Shown: positions 1 to 9,987, counted from the stretch's first letter. The stretch is DNA of 64,000 nucleotides from Alphaproteobacteria bacterium (GCA_963422645.2 CAXXVO010000017.1:1-64000); one strand, 5' to 3'. The notes: generated by a model from the sequence alone, not told the origin. Translations and numbers: made by a program.

Positions 1-347
1 CTCCCACAGAACGCAATAAAGGATTGCGCATCAGTGGCACGATCTTTTCCCTGTTTAACAATCTGGCCGTTGCTATCTCGTCGTCATAAGTAAGGCGCAC
101 GATATTTACGCCAACACCAGATCGTACACAACCCATCAGGAAACTTGCACTGTGTGTGGAGACAAAGGCGCGTTTGCTTGCACCCAACGCCGCGGCAATC
201 TCTCGACCAAGTCTGTCACTTAGAGAAGGGTGCAAAAAGGCCTCTGGTTCATCGACTATTGTTACTTTTGGATCGCCTGAGATAATGGTAGACAACATGC
301 CCACGAACGCCTTAACCCCGTCACTTGCATCCGTAATCGGCATAGCT
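1..347 (-). pseudogene. Distal fragment of ABC-type ATPase (AAA_15/AAA_21, OLD-family nuclease-like), cut off by IS; continues off window
   Basis: Manual minus-strand translation AMPITDASDGVKAFVG...VTIVDEPEAFLHP...FVSTHS gives ABC signature, Walker B/D-loop and H-loop. Lower GC than core; frame broken at IS end 348. Confidence 0.8.
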
Positions 348-2707
348 TCAGACTTCCTGACCTCTGCTGATTTTAGGTGACACGAGCCGCGCGGATTCCG
401 AGGCCCCGTCGATGTCGTAGACTATGCGCAGACGGGTGCCGGGGAAGACCGTTTCGGTGGCGTTCAGGTCGCTCAGAACCGCATCGATCCAACGGTCGCA
501 GGCGTCGTTTGCGAGGCCAAGAATGTGGACCCGCAGGAGGCCATTGCCAGGATCCGGCAGGATGTCGGCATCGGCGGTGAGCAGCGCTTGAAGCAGTTTC
601 CGGGGATGGGGCTTGTGGCCCTGCGCCTGCATGACGGGAAGCATCATGCGGGTTTCGGCGCGGTAGGCGATCATCCGGATGACGTCGAGGAGGAGGCGCT
701 CGCGCGCGGGCAAGGCATCGAGCTGCTCGGCTTCGTCGAGGTCGCCGGCCCGGCAGTGCTTGGGCGTCTCCCTGCGGCTGGCCCTGACGATGTCGCGGAC
801 ATCCTGGAGGTCCCTGACTTCCCTCCTGAGTTCCGCCGTCGGCTGCTTCTTCCGGGCCGTGTCGGCGATGCGGTTGCGCAGGCGGCCAAGCTGGCGGTCG
901 AGGCGATGGATTGCCTTGTCATAGGCCCGCCGCAGCGGGTTGACGACCATGGCGGCGGGATCGAGAGGCTCGAGCTCGTGGGTCGGCAGGGCGTCGAGAT
1001 TGAACTCGTCACGCATGTACTTGAAGAAGTTCTCCTGCGACCAGCGCGAGAACATGGCGCCCGCAACCTCAGCCATCGGCTTGTGCGGATCGGTGGTGAT
1101 CAGCGGCACCTGACGGCCGTTGTCGAGCAGGCGGCGGATCTGGCGCACCCTGAAGCCGTTCGGCAACGTCACCGGCTTCTCAGCCAGCCGCATGGTGGCG
1201 CTGCCGTCCGCCGCCGGTCCGTGAATGGGAACGGTCATCGCGCCGAAGTCCTCGGCCGGCCAGTCCTCGCCCCTGAAGTTCTTGTGCCAGGTCAGGCAGG
1301 CGACGCCGCGCCTCGCCAGCCGGCGGAACAGATCCGGGCTCCAGCCCTCGCGGTCGAAGACCAGGGTGAGCGCCGGCTGGCCGGGATGCTCGGCGGTCAG
1401 GTCCGGCGCCCCGGCGCCAACGATCCCAAGCTCCTGCAGCGCCGGCACCACGTCGGCTTCGATGGCCGCGACCATCTTCGGGTCCAGCGGCTTGTGCAGA
1501 CAGAGCAGCGGCTTGCCGCCCAGAGCGTTGATCCAGTAGCTGGCGCTCGCCGGCAGGCACAGCTTCTCGCGCGAGACGAAGTGCTTGGGCAAGCGCCCCT
1601 TGCGGCCGGAGTAGACCTTGACGTGCCCGTCGATGGCCAGCGTCGCCCAGAGCTCCGGCTCGTCGGCGCCTGCCAGCGCCTGGCAAGGGCGAGCTGCCAC
1701 GCCCGCACGCCGGCCTCGTCGTCGGCGATGAGAGCGATCTTGCGGCGCAGCGTCTTGACCTCGGGGCAGCGATCGAGGCCGAGAATGGCGCCCCATTCGC
1801 CCGGCGCCTGGTAGCGCAGGCTCTCGGGGTTGCGCACCCGCGCCAAGGTCATGAAGGCCAGGAAGAGCAGGATCGTAGGCAAGCCGTAATAGCCCTTCGG
1901 CAGCAATGGCAGGAGACCGGTCTCGGAGAGAAGACCTTCCTTCAGCAGGGCCGGCAGGGCGGCGAGCACGCCGCCGAAGCGGACACCGCGGGCGGCGGCG
2001 GCGAACTGCGGTTCGACCGGCCCCGCCTGTCCACAACTGGCCAGAACCCGAGCCGGAACATCGCAAGTCGCACGCCCCATCGGCGCCTGCCGGTCCCGCC
2101 GATCGCGCGCGCTGCGATCCGTTTGCGGCTGCGCTTCCAGCCCCGGCGCCGTCTCCGGCCCCGGGGCACCGGTACTCTCTTCATCGACACGGCCTTCAGG
2201 AGCCGCACCCGCGTCAGGCGGCGCAGCCAGCGCTGAGCGTCCGGGCTCCCCATCCGCCTCCGTGTTGCCGATCAGTCCCTGACGGCGCCACTTGTTGACC
2301 GATGGCGCTGACACGCCGAGAACCCGGGCCGCCGCAGAGCCGCTCAGGCCCGATGCCAGCAACGCCGTCGCCTTCTCCGCCAACTCCGGAGTGAACACCG
2401 ACGGCCCGCGACCGCGCCGGGGCTTCATGAACCCCGCTTCGCCCTCGGCCAGGTAGCGCCGTCGTGCGCGCTGCACCGTCGCGCGCGAGACAGCGAAAGC
2501 GTCAGCCAGTTCCTGCGGCGAGACCGCGCTGATCGCCGCGAGGCGGCCGATCCGCAAGAGCATGGCCGTGCGGTCATCGGCGGCGTGGCTGTCAAAGGGA
2601 ATGAGGTTGGAAAAGTAGGTGAAGGTGTCGTCCGAGATCAGGACGGCGAAGCAGCTGTTGCCGATCGAGACCGCCTCTGGAGGGCACATTGGGAGGGTAC
2701 TGGGCAT
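348..2707 (-). CDS. Transposase split over two frames (HTH N-part in ORF 1397-2707; catalytic part in ORF 348-2066)
   Basis: Two HTHs (ADAFAVSRATVQR, AARVLGVSAPSVNKW); catalytic-like motifs IDGHVKVY, FDREGWS, RWSQENFFKYMR; stop codon lies inside the IR; frame change near 1665-1675. Confidence 0.85.
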
Positions 2708-2733
2708 GGTTGAGACCGTGCAATTGGTATCAA

Positions 2734-2739
2734 ATTATA
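2734..2739 (-). promoter_or_regulatory. Putative -10 box (TATAAT) of the IR17 transposase promoter
   Basis: Perfect TATAAT about 27 nt upstream of the ATG at 2707 in an AT-rich patch, present in all three copies; -35 is poor. Confidence 0.5.
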
Positions 2740-2996
2740 CTATCAGACCTCGGGCGCGACACCCAGCGAAAAACCGCCTGAAACAACCGAAATGTATCAG
2801 AATTCAAGGAGTTCCCGGCACGCTGCCCAGAACAGCCAGCATCACGAGGCCAGGAAGTCTGAAACTACTCTGATGGCGGCGAGTTGGATTTCGATACGAA
2901 TGCAATCGATAGTAACTACCCAGGTACCCCAATCCTGAGTTGAGGACGGTGATTATGGCGGCGGCCGCGGTCTGGTTCTGCCACCGCGATTGGTTC

Positions 2997-3056
2997 TTGA
3001 CCTCATAGAGTTGCGGGACTATGGACTGCTCTCTCGCGTGACGGGAGCGGTCCATG
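2997..3056 (+). promoter_or_regulatory. Putative promoter TTGACC-N17-TATGGA and hairpin covering the MTase SD and start codon
   Basis: -35 at 2997-3002, -10 at 3020-3025; ATGGACTGCTCTC (3021-3033) pairs with GGGAGCGGTCCAT (3043-3055) allowing G-U. Confidence 0.5.
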
Positions 3057-3719
3057 GGGTATTTCGGCTCGAAGGCGACAGCAGGTCTGTGCCAAGCGCT
3101 GATTGCGCTGATGCCGCCGCACTCCGTCTACATCGAAAGCCACCTTGGGGGCGGGGCGCTGACGAAGCGCAAGCCGCCGGCCGTGCGTTCGATCGGCATC
3201 GACCGCGATGCGCAGGCGCTCGAGGCCTTCGTCTGCGACTACCCGGTCGATCTGGTTCACGGCTGTGCCCATGACTTCCTGGCCTCGTTCCCGTTCCTGG
3301 GCCCGGAGCTGGTTTACAGCGATCCGCCCTATCTGCACGCGACCCGCCGCTCGGCGCAGCGCTACCGCTTCGAGTACGAGGAGGCCGGCCACGTCGCGCT
3401 TCTCGAACTGCTCAAGGCTCTGCCCTGCCAGGTCATGATCTCGGGCCATCCGTCGGCGCTCTATGACGAGGTGCTGGCGGGATGGCGCCGGCTGGCGCTG
3501 CAGGTCACGACCCAGGGTCTGGTGCGAACCGAGGTCGTCTGGTTCAACTACGCCCCCGACCGGATGCATTGGGCCAGCCACGCAGGCCGGAACTTCACCG
3601 ACCGCCAGCGCATCAAGCGCAAGGCAGCCAACTGGGGCCGGCGCTACCAGGCCTTGCCGCCGGGCGAACGCCTCGCCGTGCTCGCCGCCATGATGGCCGT
3701 CGAGGCCGAAGACACGTGA
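3054..3719 (+). CDS. DNA adenine methyltransferase (Dam/D12-like, alpha-type motif order)
   Basis: GYFGSK start, SAM-binding YIESHLGGG...IGID, catalytic VYSDPPY, C-terminal RTEVVWFNY. Confidence 0.85.
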   Translation: MGYFGSKATAGLCQALIALMPPHSVYIESHLGGGALTKRKPPAVRSIGIDRDAQALEAFVCDYPVDLVHGCAHDFLASFPFLGPELVYSDPPYLHATRRSAQRYRFEYEEAGHVALLELLKALPCQVMISGHPSALYDEVLAGWRRLALQVTTQGLVRTEVVWFNYAPDRMHWASHAGRNFTDRQRIKRKAANWGRRYQALPPGERLAVLAAMMAVEAEDT

Positions 3720-6700
3720 CGGTGTCGCACTGGCACGAAGACCTCGCCGCCCGTAACGAGGCCTTCTGCTGCCTGAAGGAGCTTCTCGAGCCATCATCCC
3801 TCGCAACCACTGTCGTCGTTGCCGTCCGGGAATGGGGGCAGGGGCTGCTGCGATCAGCCACCGCGCTCGCCCGGGAAAATGCCGCACTCGAGCAGGAGAA
3901 CGCGGCCCTGCGCGAGCGCATCGCCGAACTCGAGCGCAGCGCGGCCCTCAACAGCACCACAAGCAGCAAGCCCCCCGCCAGCGACGGGCTCAAGAAGAAA
4001 AGCGGAGCCCAGAGGCGCACCCAAAGCCAGCGCGGAAAGTCCGGCGGGCCCAGTGGCGGCCAGCCCGGCCACAAGGGAACCACCCTCGCGCGGAGCGACA
4101 GCCCGGACCGTGTCGTCGATCACCACCCCTCCACCTGTTCCGGCTGTGGCGTCGAGCTCTCGGACGCCGACCGGCAAGGCGCGCCCGCCTGTCGGCAGGT
4201 CTTCGACGTACCCGAGCCGCAGCCTCTCGAGGTCACCGAACACCGCGCCCATCGCTGCCTCTGCGGCGCATGCGGCACGCTGACACGAGCCGCCTTCCCG
4301 CCGGGCGTCACCGCCCCGGTCCAGTACGGCCCTCGCATCACCGCTTGGGTGAGTTACCTGCTGTACGCCCAGTTCGTGCCCGAGAAGCGTCTGGCCGAAC
4401 TCATGAGCGACATCTTCGCGGTGTCCATCTCCACTGCCACGATCGCCGCCATGGGCCGGCGCACAGCGCAGCGCTTCGAGGGCTTCCTCGACCATGTCGC
4501 CGATCTGATCCGCACGCAGGCGCCGGTCAAGCACCTCGACGAGACCGGCCTGCGTATCGCCGCCCGTACCCGCTGGCTCCATGTGCTGTGCACCCCGTTG
4601 CTCACCGTCCTGCGCATCGGCGAGGGACGCGGCGATGTCGAAAAGAACCTGAAAGGCATCCTCGTCCACGACGACTTCGCCCCCTACTTCACCATCAAGG
4701 GCGTCCGCCACGGCGCCTGCAACGCACATCACCTGCGCGAACTCCAGGCCCTGATCGACATCGAGAAGGAGGAATGGGCGGCGAGCATGCACCGCCTGCT
4801 TCAGCGCGCGCGCAGGGCCGCCCGCTTCGCCCGTGAGAAAGACCGTCAAGTCCCCGCCTCCCTGGTGGCCCGCATCTCAAGGGCATGGGACCGTATCCTC
4901 GAAGAAGCCATCGCCTTCCATGAGGCCCAACCGCCGCTCCAGATCGCAAAGCGAGGGCGAAAGAAACGCCGCATCGGCCACAACCTCAGACTTCCTGACC
5001 TCTGCTGATTTTAGGTGACACGAGCCGCGCGGATTCCGAGGCCCCGTCGATGTCGTAGACTATGCGCAGACGGGTGCCGGGGAAGACCGTTTCGGTGGCG
5101 TTCAGGTCGCTCAGAACCGCATCGATCCAACGGTCGCAGGCGTCGTTTGCGAGGCCAAGAATGTGGACCCGCAGGAGGCCATTGCCAGGATCCGGCAGGA
5201 TGTCGGCATCGGCGGTGAGCAGCGCTTGAAGCAGTTTCCGGGGATGGGGCTTGTGGCCCTGCGCCTGCATGACGGGAATCATCATGCGGGTTTCGGCGCG
5301 GTAGGCGATCATCCGGATGACGTCGAGGAGGAGGCGCTCGCGCGCGGGCAAGGCATCGAGCTGCTCGGCTTCGTCGAGGTCGCCGGCCCGGCAGTGCTTG
5401 GGCGTCTCCCTGCGGCTGGCCCTGACGATGTCGCGGACATCCTGGAGGTCCCTGACTTCCCTCCTGAGTTCCGCCGTCGGCTGCTTCTTCCGGGCCGTGT
5501 CGGCGATGCGGTTGCGCAGGCGGCCAAGCTGGCGGTCGAGGCGATGGATTGCCTTGTCATAGGCCCGCCGCAGCGGGTTGACGACCATGGCGGCGGGATC
5601 GAGAGGCTCGAGCTCGTGGGTCGGCAGGGCGTCGAGATTGAACTCGTCACGCATGTACTTGAAGAAGTTCTCCTGCGACCAGCGCGAGAACATGGCGCCC
5701 GCAACCTCAGCCATCGGCTTGTGCGGATCGGTGGTGATCAGCGGCACCTGACGGCCGTTGTCGAGCAGGCGGCGGATCTGGCGCACCCTGAAGCCGTTCG
5801 GCAACGTCACCGGCTTCTCAGCCAGCCGCATGGTGGCGCTGCCGTCCGCCGCCGGTCCGTGAATGGGAACGGTCATCGCGCCGAAGTCCTCGGCCGGCCA
5901 GTCCTCGCCCCTGAAGTTCTTGTGCCAGGTCAGGCAGGCGACGCCGCGCCTCGCCAGCCGGCGGAACAGATCCGGGCTCCAGCCCTCGCGGTCGAAGACC
6001 AGGGTGAGCGCCGGCTGGCCGGGATGCTCGGCGGTCAGGTCCGGCGCCCCGGCGCCAACGATCCCAAGCTCCTGCAGCGCCGGCACCACGTCGGCTTCGA
6101 TGGCCGCGACCATCTTCGGGTCCAGCGGCTTGTGCAGACAGAGCAGCGGCTTGCCGCCCAGAGCGTTGATCCAGTAGCTGGCGCTCGCCGGCAGGCACAG
6201 CTTCTCGCGCGAGACGAAGTGCTTGGGCAAGCGCCCCTTGCGGCCGGAGTAGACCTTGACGTGCCCGTCGATGGCCAGCGTCGCCCAGAGCTCCGGCTCG
6301 TCGGCGCCTGCCAGCGCCTGGCAAGGGCGAGCTGCCACGCCCGCACGCCGGCCTCGTCGTCGGCGATGAGAGCGATCTTGCGGCGCAGCGTCTTGACCTC
6401 GGGGCAGCGATCGAGGCCGAGAATGGCGCCCCATTCGCCCGGCGCCTGGTAGCGCAGGCTCTCGGGGTTGCGCACCCGCGCCAAGGTCATGAAGGCCAGG
6501 AAGAGCAGGATCGTAGGCAAGCCGTAATAGCCCTTCGGCAGCAATGGCAGGAGACCGGTCTCGGAGAGAAGACCTTCCTTCAGCAGGGCCGGCAGGGCGG
6601 CGAGCACGCCGCCGAAGCGGACACCGCGGGCGGCGGCGGCGAACTGCGGTTCGACCGGCCCCGCCTGTCCACAACTGGCCAGAACCCGAGCCGGAACATC

Positions 6701-7772
6701 GCAAGTCGCACGCCCCATCGGCGCCTGCCGGTCCCGCCGATCGCGCGCGCTGCGATCCGTTTGCGGCTGCGCTTCCAGCCCCGGCGCCGTCTCCGGCCCC
6801 GGGGCACCGGTACTCTCTTCATCGACACGGCCTTCAGGAGCCGCACCCGCGTCAGGCGGCGCAGCCAGCGCTGAGCGTCCGGGCTCCCCATCCGCCTCCG
6901 TGTTGCCGATCAGTCCCTGACGGCGCCACTTGTTGACCGATGGCGCTGACACGCCGAGAACCCGGGCCGCCGCAGAGCCGCTCAGGCCCGATGCCAGCAA
7001 CGCCGTCGCCTTCTCCGCCAACTCCGGAGTGAACACCGACGGCCCGCGACCGCGCCGGGGCTTCATGAACCCCGCTTCGCCCTCGGCCAGGTAGCGCCGT
7101 CGTGCGCGCTGCACCGTCGCGCGCGAGACAGCGAAAGCGTCAGCCAGTTCCTGCGGCGAGACCGCGCTGATCGCCGCGAGGCGGCCGATCCGCAAGAGCA
7201 TGGCCGTGCGGTCATCGGCGGCGTGGCTGTCAAAGGGAATGAGGTTGGAAAAGTAGGTGAAGGTGTCGTCCGAGATCAGGACGGCGAAGCAGCTGTTGCC
7301 GATCGAGACCGCCTCTGGAGGGCACATTGGGAGGGTACTGGGCATGGTTGAGACCGTGCAATTGGTATCAAATTATACTATCAGACCTCGGGCGCGACAC
7401 CCAGCGAAAAACCGCCTGAAACAACCGAAATGTATCAGAATTCAAGGAGTTCCCGGCACGCTGCCCAGAACAGCCAGCATCACGAGGTCAGGAAGTCTGA
7501 ACCTCGCGCGCCGCCTTCAAAAGCATAAGGAGGGCTGCCTGCGCTTCCTCACCGACCTGCGCACGCCGTTCACGAATAACGAGGCGGAGCGTGACATCCG
7601 TATGAACAAAGTGCATGAGAAGATCTCAGGCGGCTTCCGCTCCCTGCAAGGCGCCTGCAACTTCGCCGGAATGCGCAGCGTCATCGTCACCGCTCGAAAG
7701 CAAGGCTGGAACATCCTGCAAATCCTGGCGCACCCGGAACCGATGCAGCTGATCCCTATACTGCGCTCCTGA
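3716..7772 (+). pseudogene. IS66 transposase of element A, interrupted at 4985/7501 by IR17 copy 2
   Basis: GTG overlaps MTase stop (GTGA); coiled coil, NSTTSSKPPASD, GGQPGHKG, Zn finger, HLDETG, CNAHHLREL; resumes ...GHNL|ARRLQKHK...PFTNNEAERDIR. Confidence 0.9.
4986..7500 (-). mobile_element. IS 'IR17' copy 2 (complete, 3-bp TSD ACC); frameshifted transposase 4986-7345
   Basis: Perfect 17-bp IRs; ACC at 4983-4985 and 7501-7503; removal restores the IS66 reading frame. Confidence 0.95.
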
Positions 7773-7937
7773 ACTTCTCCGGCTCATCCTGAGTATCGCT
7801 GTCCTCTCATCTTGTTCGCGACGCGGCGTTCATCATCCTCTCGCGCTCAAGAGAGTAGGCACCCCCGCGGCGTGGGGGCGTTGACGCAAAAGGAACTGGC
7901 TTGTTCCATAAGAGAGAGGGGGTACCTGGGCAGTTAC

Positions 7938-9350
7938 GAAGGATCACGTCCCGGCTTCCTGCAAGGGATGCGGTTCGCCGCTTTCGGACGCGGCCAGGGC
8001 GGGAACGCCCGTCGCCCGCCAGGTGTTCGATCTGCCCGAGCCGAGCCCCCTGGAGGTGACCGAGCACCGGGCGCATGCCAAGTGCTGCGGGCATTGCGGG
8101 ACGGTGACCCGGGCGGCGTTCCCCGACGGGGTGTCGGCGCCGGTGCAGTACGGCCCGCGCATTGCCGGGGTGGCGGTCTACCTTCAGCACGCTCACTTCC
8201 TGCCGGAGGATCGGCTGTCGCAGGTGATGGCCGAGCTCTTCGGCGCGCCGGTGACGGCTGCGACGTTGGCGACGATGAGCGAGAGGGCGGCCGAGCGGCT
8301 TGCGGGACGCGGCCTTGCACATACAGGACCTGGCGGCGGGCACGGCGCGGGTGAAACACATGGACGAGACCGGCTTGCGGATCGGCGGTCAGACGCAGTG
8401 GCTTCATGTGATCTGCACGCCGCTGCTGGCGGCGTACCGGGTCAGCGGCAAGCGCGGCGCCCTGCTCTCGGGTGTCTCCGGCATCGTCGTGCACGATCAC
8501 TGGAAGCCGTACTTCGCGATGGAAGGGGTGGAGCACGGCCTGTGCAACGCCCATCACCTGCGGGAGTTGCAGGCGCTGGTGGACATCGAAGGGGAGGCTT
8601 GGGCCCGGCGGATGCAGCAGCTCCTGCGCCGAGCCAATCGCGCCGCCCGCATCGCGCTGGACAAGGATATCGCCGTTCCGGCGAGGCTTGTGGCGCTGAT
8701 CGAGCGCCGATACGACGAGATCATCGCCGATGCGCTGGCCTTTCACGAGAGCCAACCACCGTTCTCGCCTGGCAAGAGGAAGAAGCGCCGGAAGCGAAGG
8801 ATCGGTCACAATCTGGCCTTGAGGCTGCGCGACCACAAATGCGCGGTGCTCCGGTTCCTGATCGACCTCGAGGTCGGGTTCACGAACAACGAGGCCGAGC
8901 GCGACCTTCGGATGATGAAGCTGCGCCAGAAGATCTCCGGGGGCTTCCGGTCCGCGCAGGGGGCCGAGAACTTCGCCATCCTGCGCAGCGTCATCACCAC
9001 CGCCAGAAAGCAGGGCTGGAATATCATCGAAGCCCTGACCAGCCCATCGGATCGGCTCATCGCCACCGTCAAGTGCGCGTAAGCTCACCTGGCACGGGTT
9101 CTCCAACAGCGGAGCCATTCTCATAAACGATCATGGTCGACGCCGTGCTGGACCACCCCATAGAATGAAAATCGGTGCCCGTCGCGCGGGCGGACTTCGG
9201 GCCACATCGGGGTAGCTTACCGGTCGCAGTCCGCAAGAGGGGCATCGTGAGCTGTGAAACCCGGCGACCACAGAGGAGCACACGGGCGTCGCGTGGGTAG
9301 CGTTGTGCCGAATCCCAGAGAATTTTCACAGCAAGAACCTGGGCAGTTAC
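7938..9350 (+). mobile_element. IS66-family element B, 5'-truncated copy
   Basis: Matches the reverse complement of the full copy 59090-60977; starts mid-gene directly after the IRR of element A; extra T near 8300 frameshifts the transposase (remnant ends 9082); IRR CCTGGGCAGTTAC. Confidence 0.92.
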
Positions 9351-9664
9351 GAATTACTTTGTGGATTAAGCTTGCTAATCATTATGTGATCTGGATTCAA
9401 GGCTTCGTTAAGTGCGGGTTCTATCTCAAGTTCAGCAATCGCTTTCTCGATTCCGTCATGCGTCCAAGCCTCAAACTCAATTGACTTGACCACCAAGCCA
9501 TTCGATGGTTTTGGGCTTGTAATCCAGTTCTCGATTTCCTGTAGCGCTCGAGATTTGCCGCTATTGTTGGGACCGACGAATACGGTCACCGCGGTTAAGT
9601 CTACCTCAAGTGGTGGCTGAGCGGGCGTTGAACCGGTCAGCATGGTGATGCGTTTGAGCACCAA
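9351..9664 (-). pseudogene. N-terminal fragment of ABC-type/OLD-like ATPase
   Basis: VTVFVGPNNSGKS Walker A; frame ends at the IS66-B IR; same strand and low GC as fragment 1-347. Confidence 0.8.
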
Positions 9665-9987
9665 ATAACCCTTTCCATACTTTCTGAAGCCGAATTCGCG
9701 CGATTACGAATCAGCGTCACACATTATCATATCAACTAAAGTTGTGGAGGGCGATCAGAGCCGTGCGGTGCAGTCTACGTGCAGGTCTGTTCTGTTCGTA
9801 ATGCCAGTTTGGCGATCTTGGTTGTTATTTGAGGCGGGGTCAAGGTAGTGCGCCGGATAGCGCCCATGGGGGCAAAGGCATCTAATATCGTGTGCGAGAG
9901 GGCTTTGGAGTGGCTAGTCGGGCGGGTGGGATTGTAGAAAGAGCGGGGGAGGTTAGAGTAAAGGTGGCGAGATAGGGCTGGCGCGGC

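Larger units (their letters stand above)
348..2862 (-). mobile_element. IS 'IR17' copy 1 (2515 bp, large DDE transposase, family unassigned)
   Basis: Terminal IRs TCAGACTTCCTGACCTC / GAGGCCAGGAAGTCTGA (1 mismatch); near-identical to 4986-7500 and 50875-52771. Flanks GCT/AAC do not form a TSD. Confidence 0.92.
2912..7937 (+). mobile_element. IS66-family element A (ISBst12-like, single transposase) with passenger DNA methyltransferase; about 2508 bp once the nested IS is removed
   Basis: IRs GTAACTACCCAGGTACCCC / GGGGTACCTGGGCAGTTAC (GTAA...TTAC IS66 ends) enclose MTase plus IS66 transposase; no TSD in flanks. Confidence 0.9.

Noticed and set aside
7881-7912. Outward-facing promoter in the IS66-A right end (TTGACG)
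   Set aside because: No acceptable -10 at 16-18 bp spacing.
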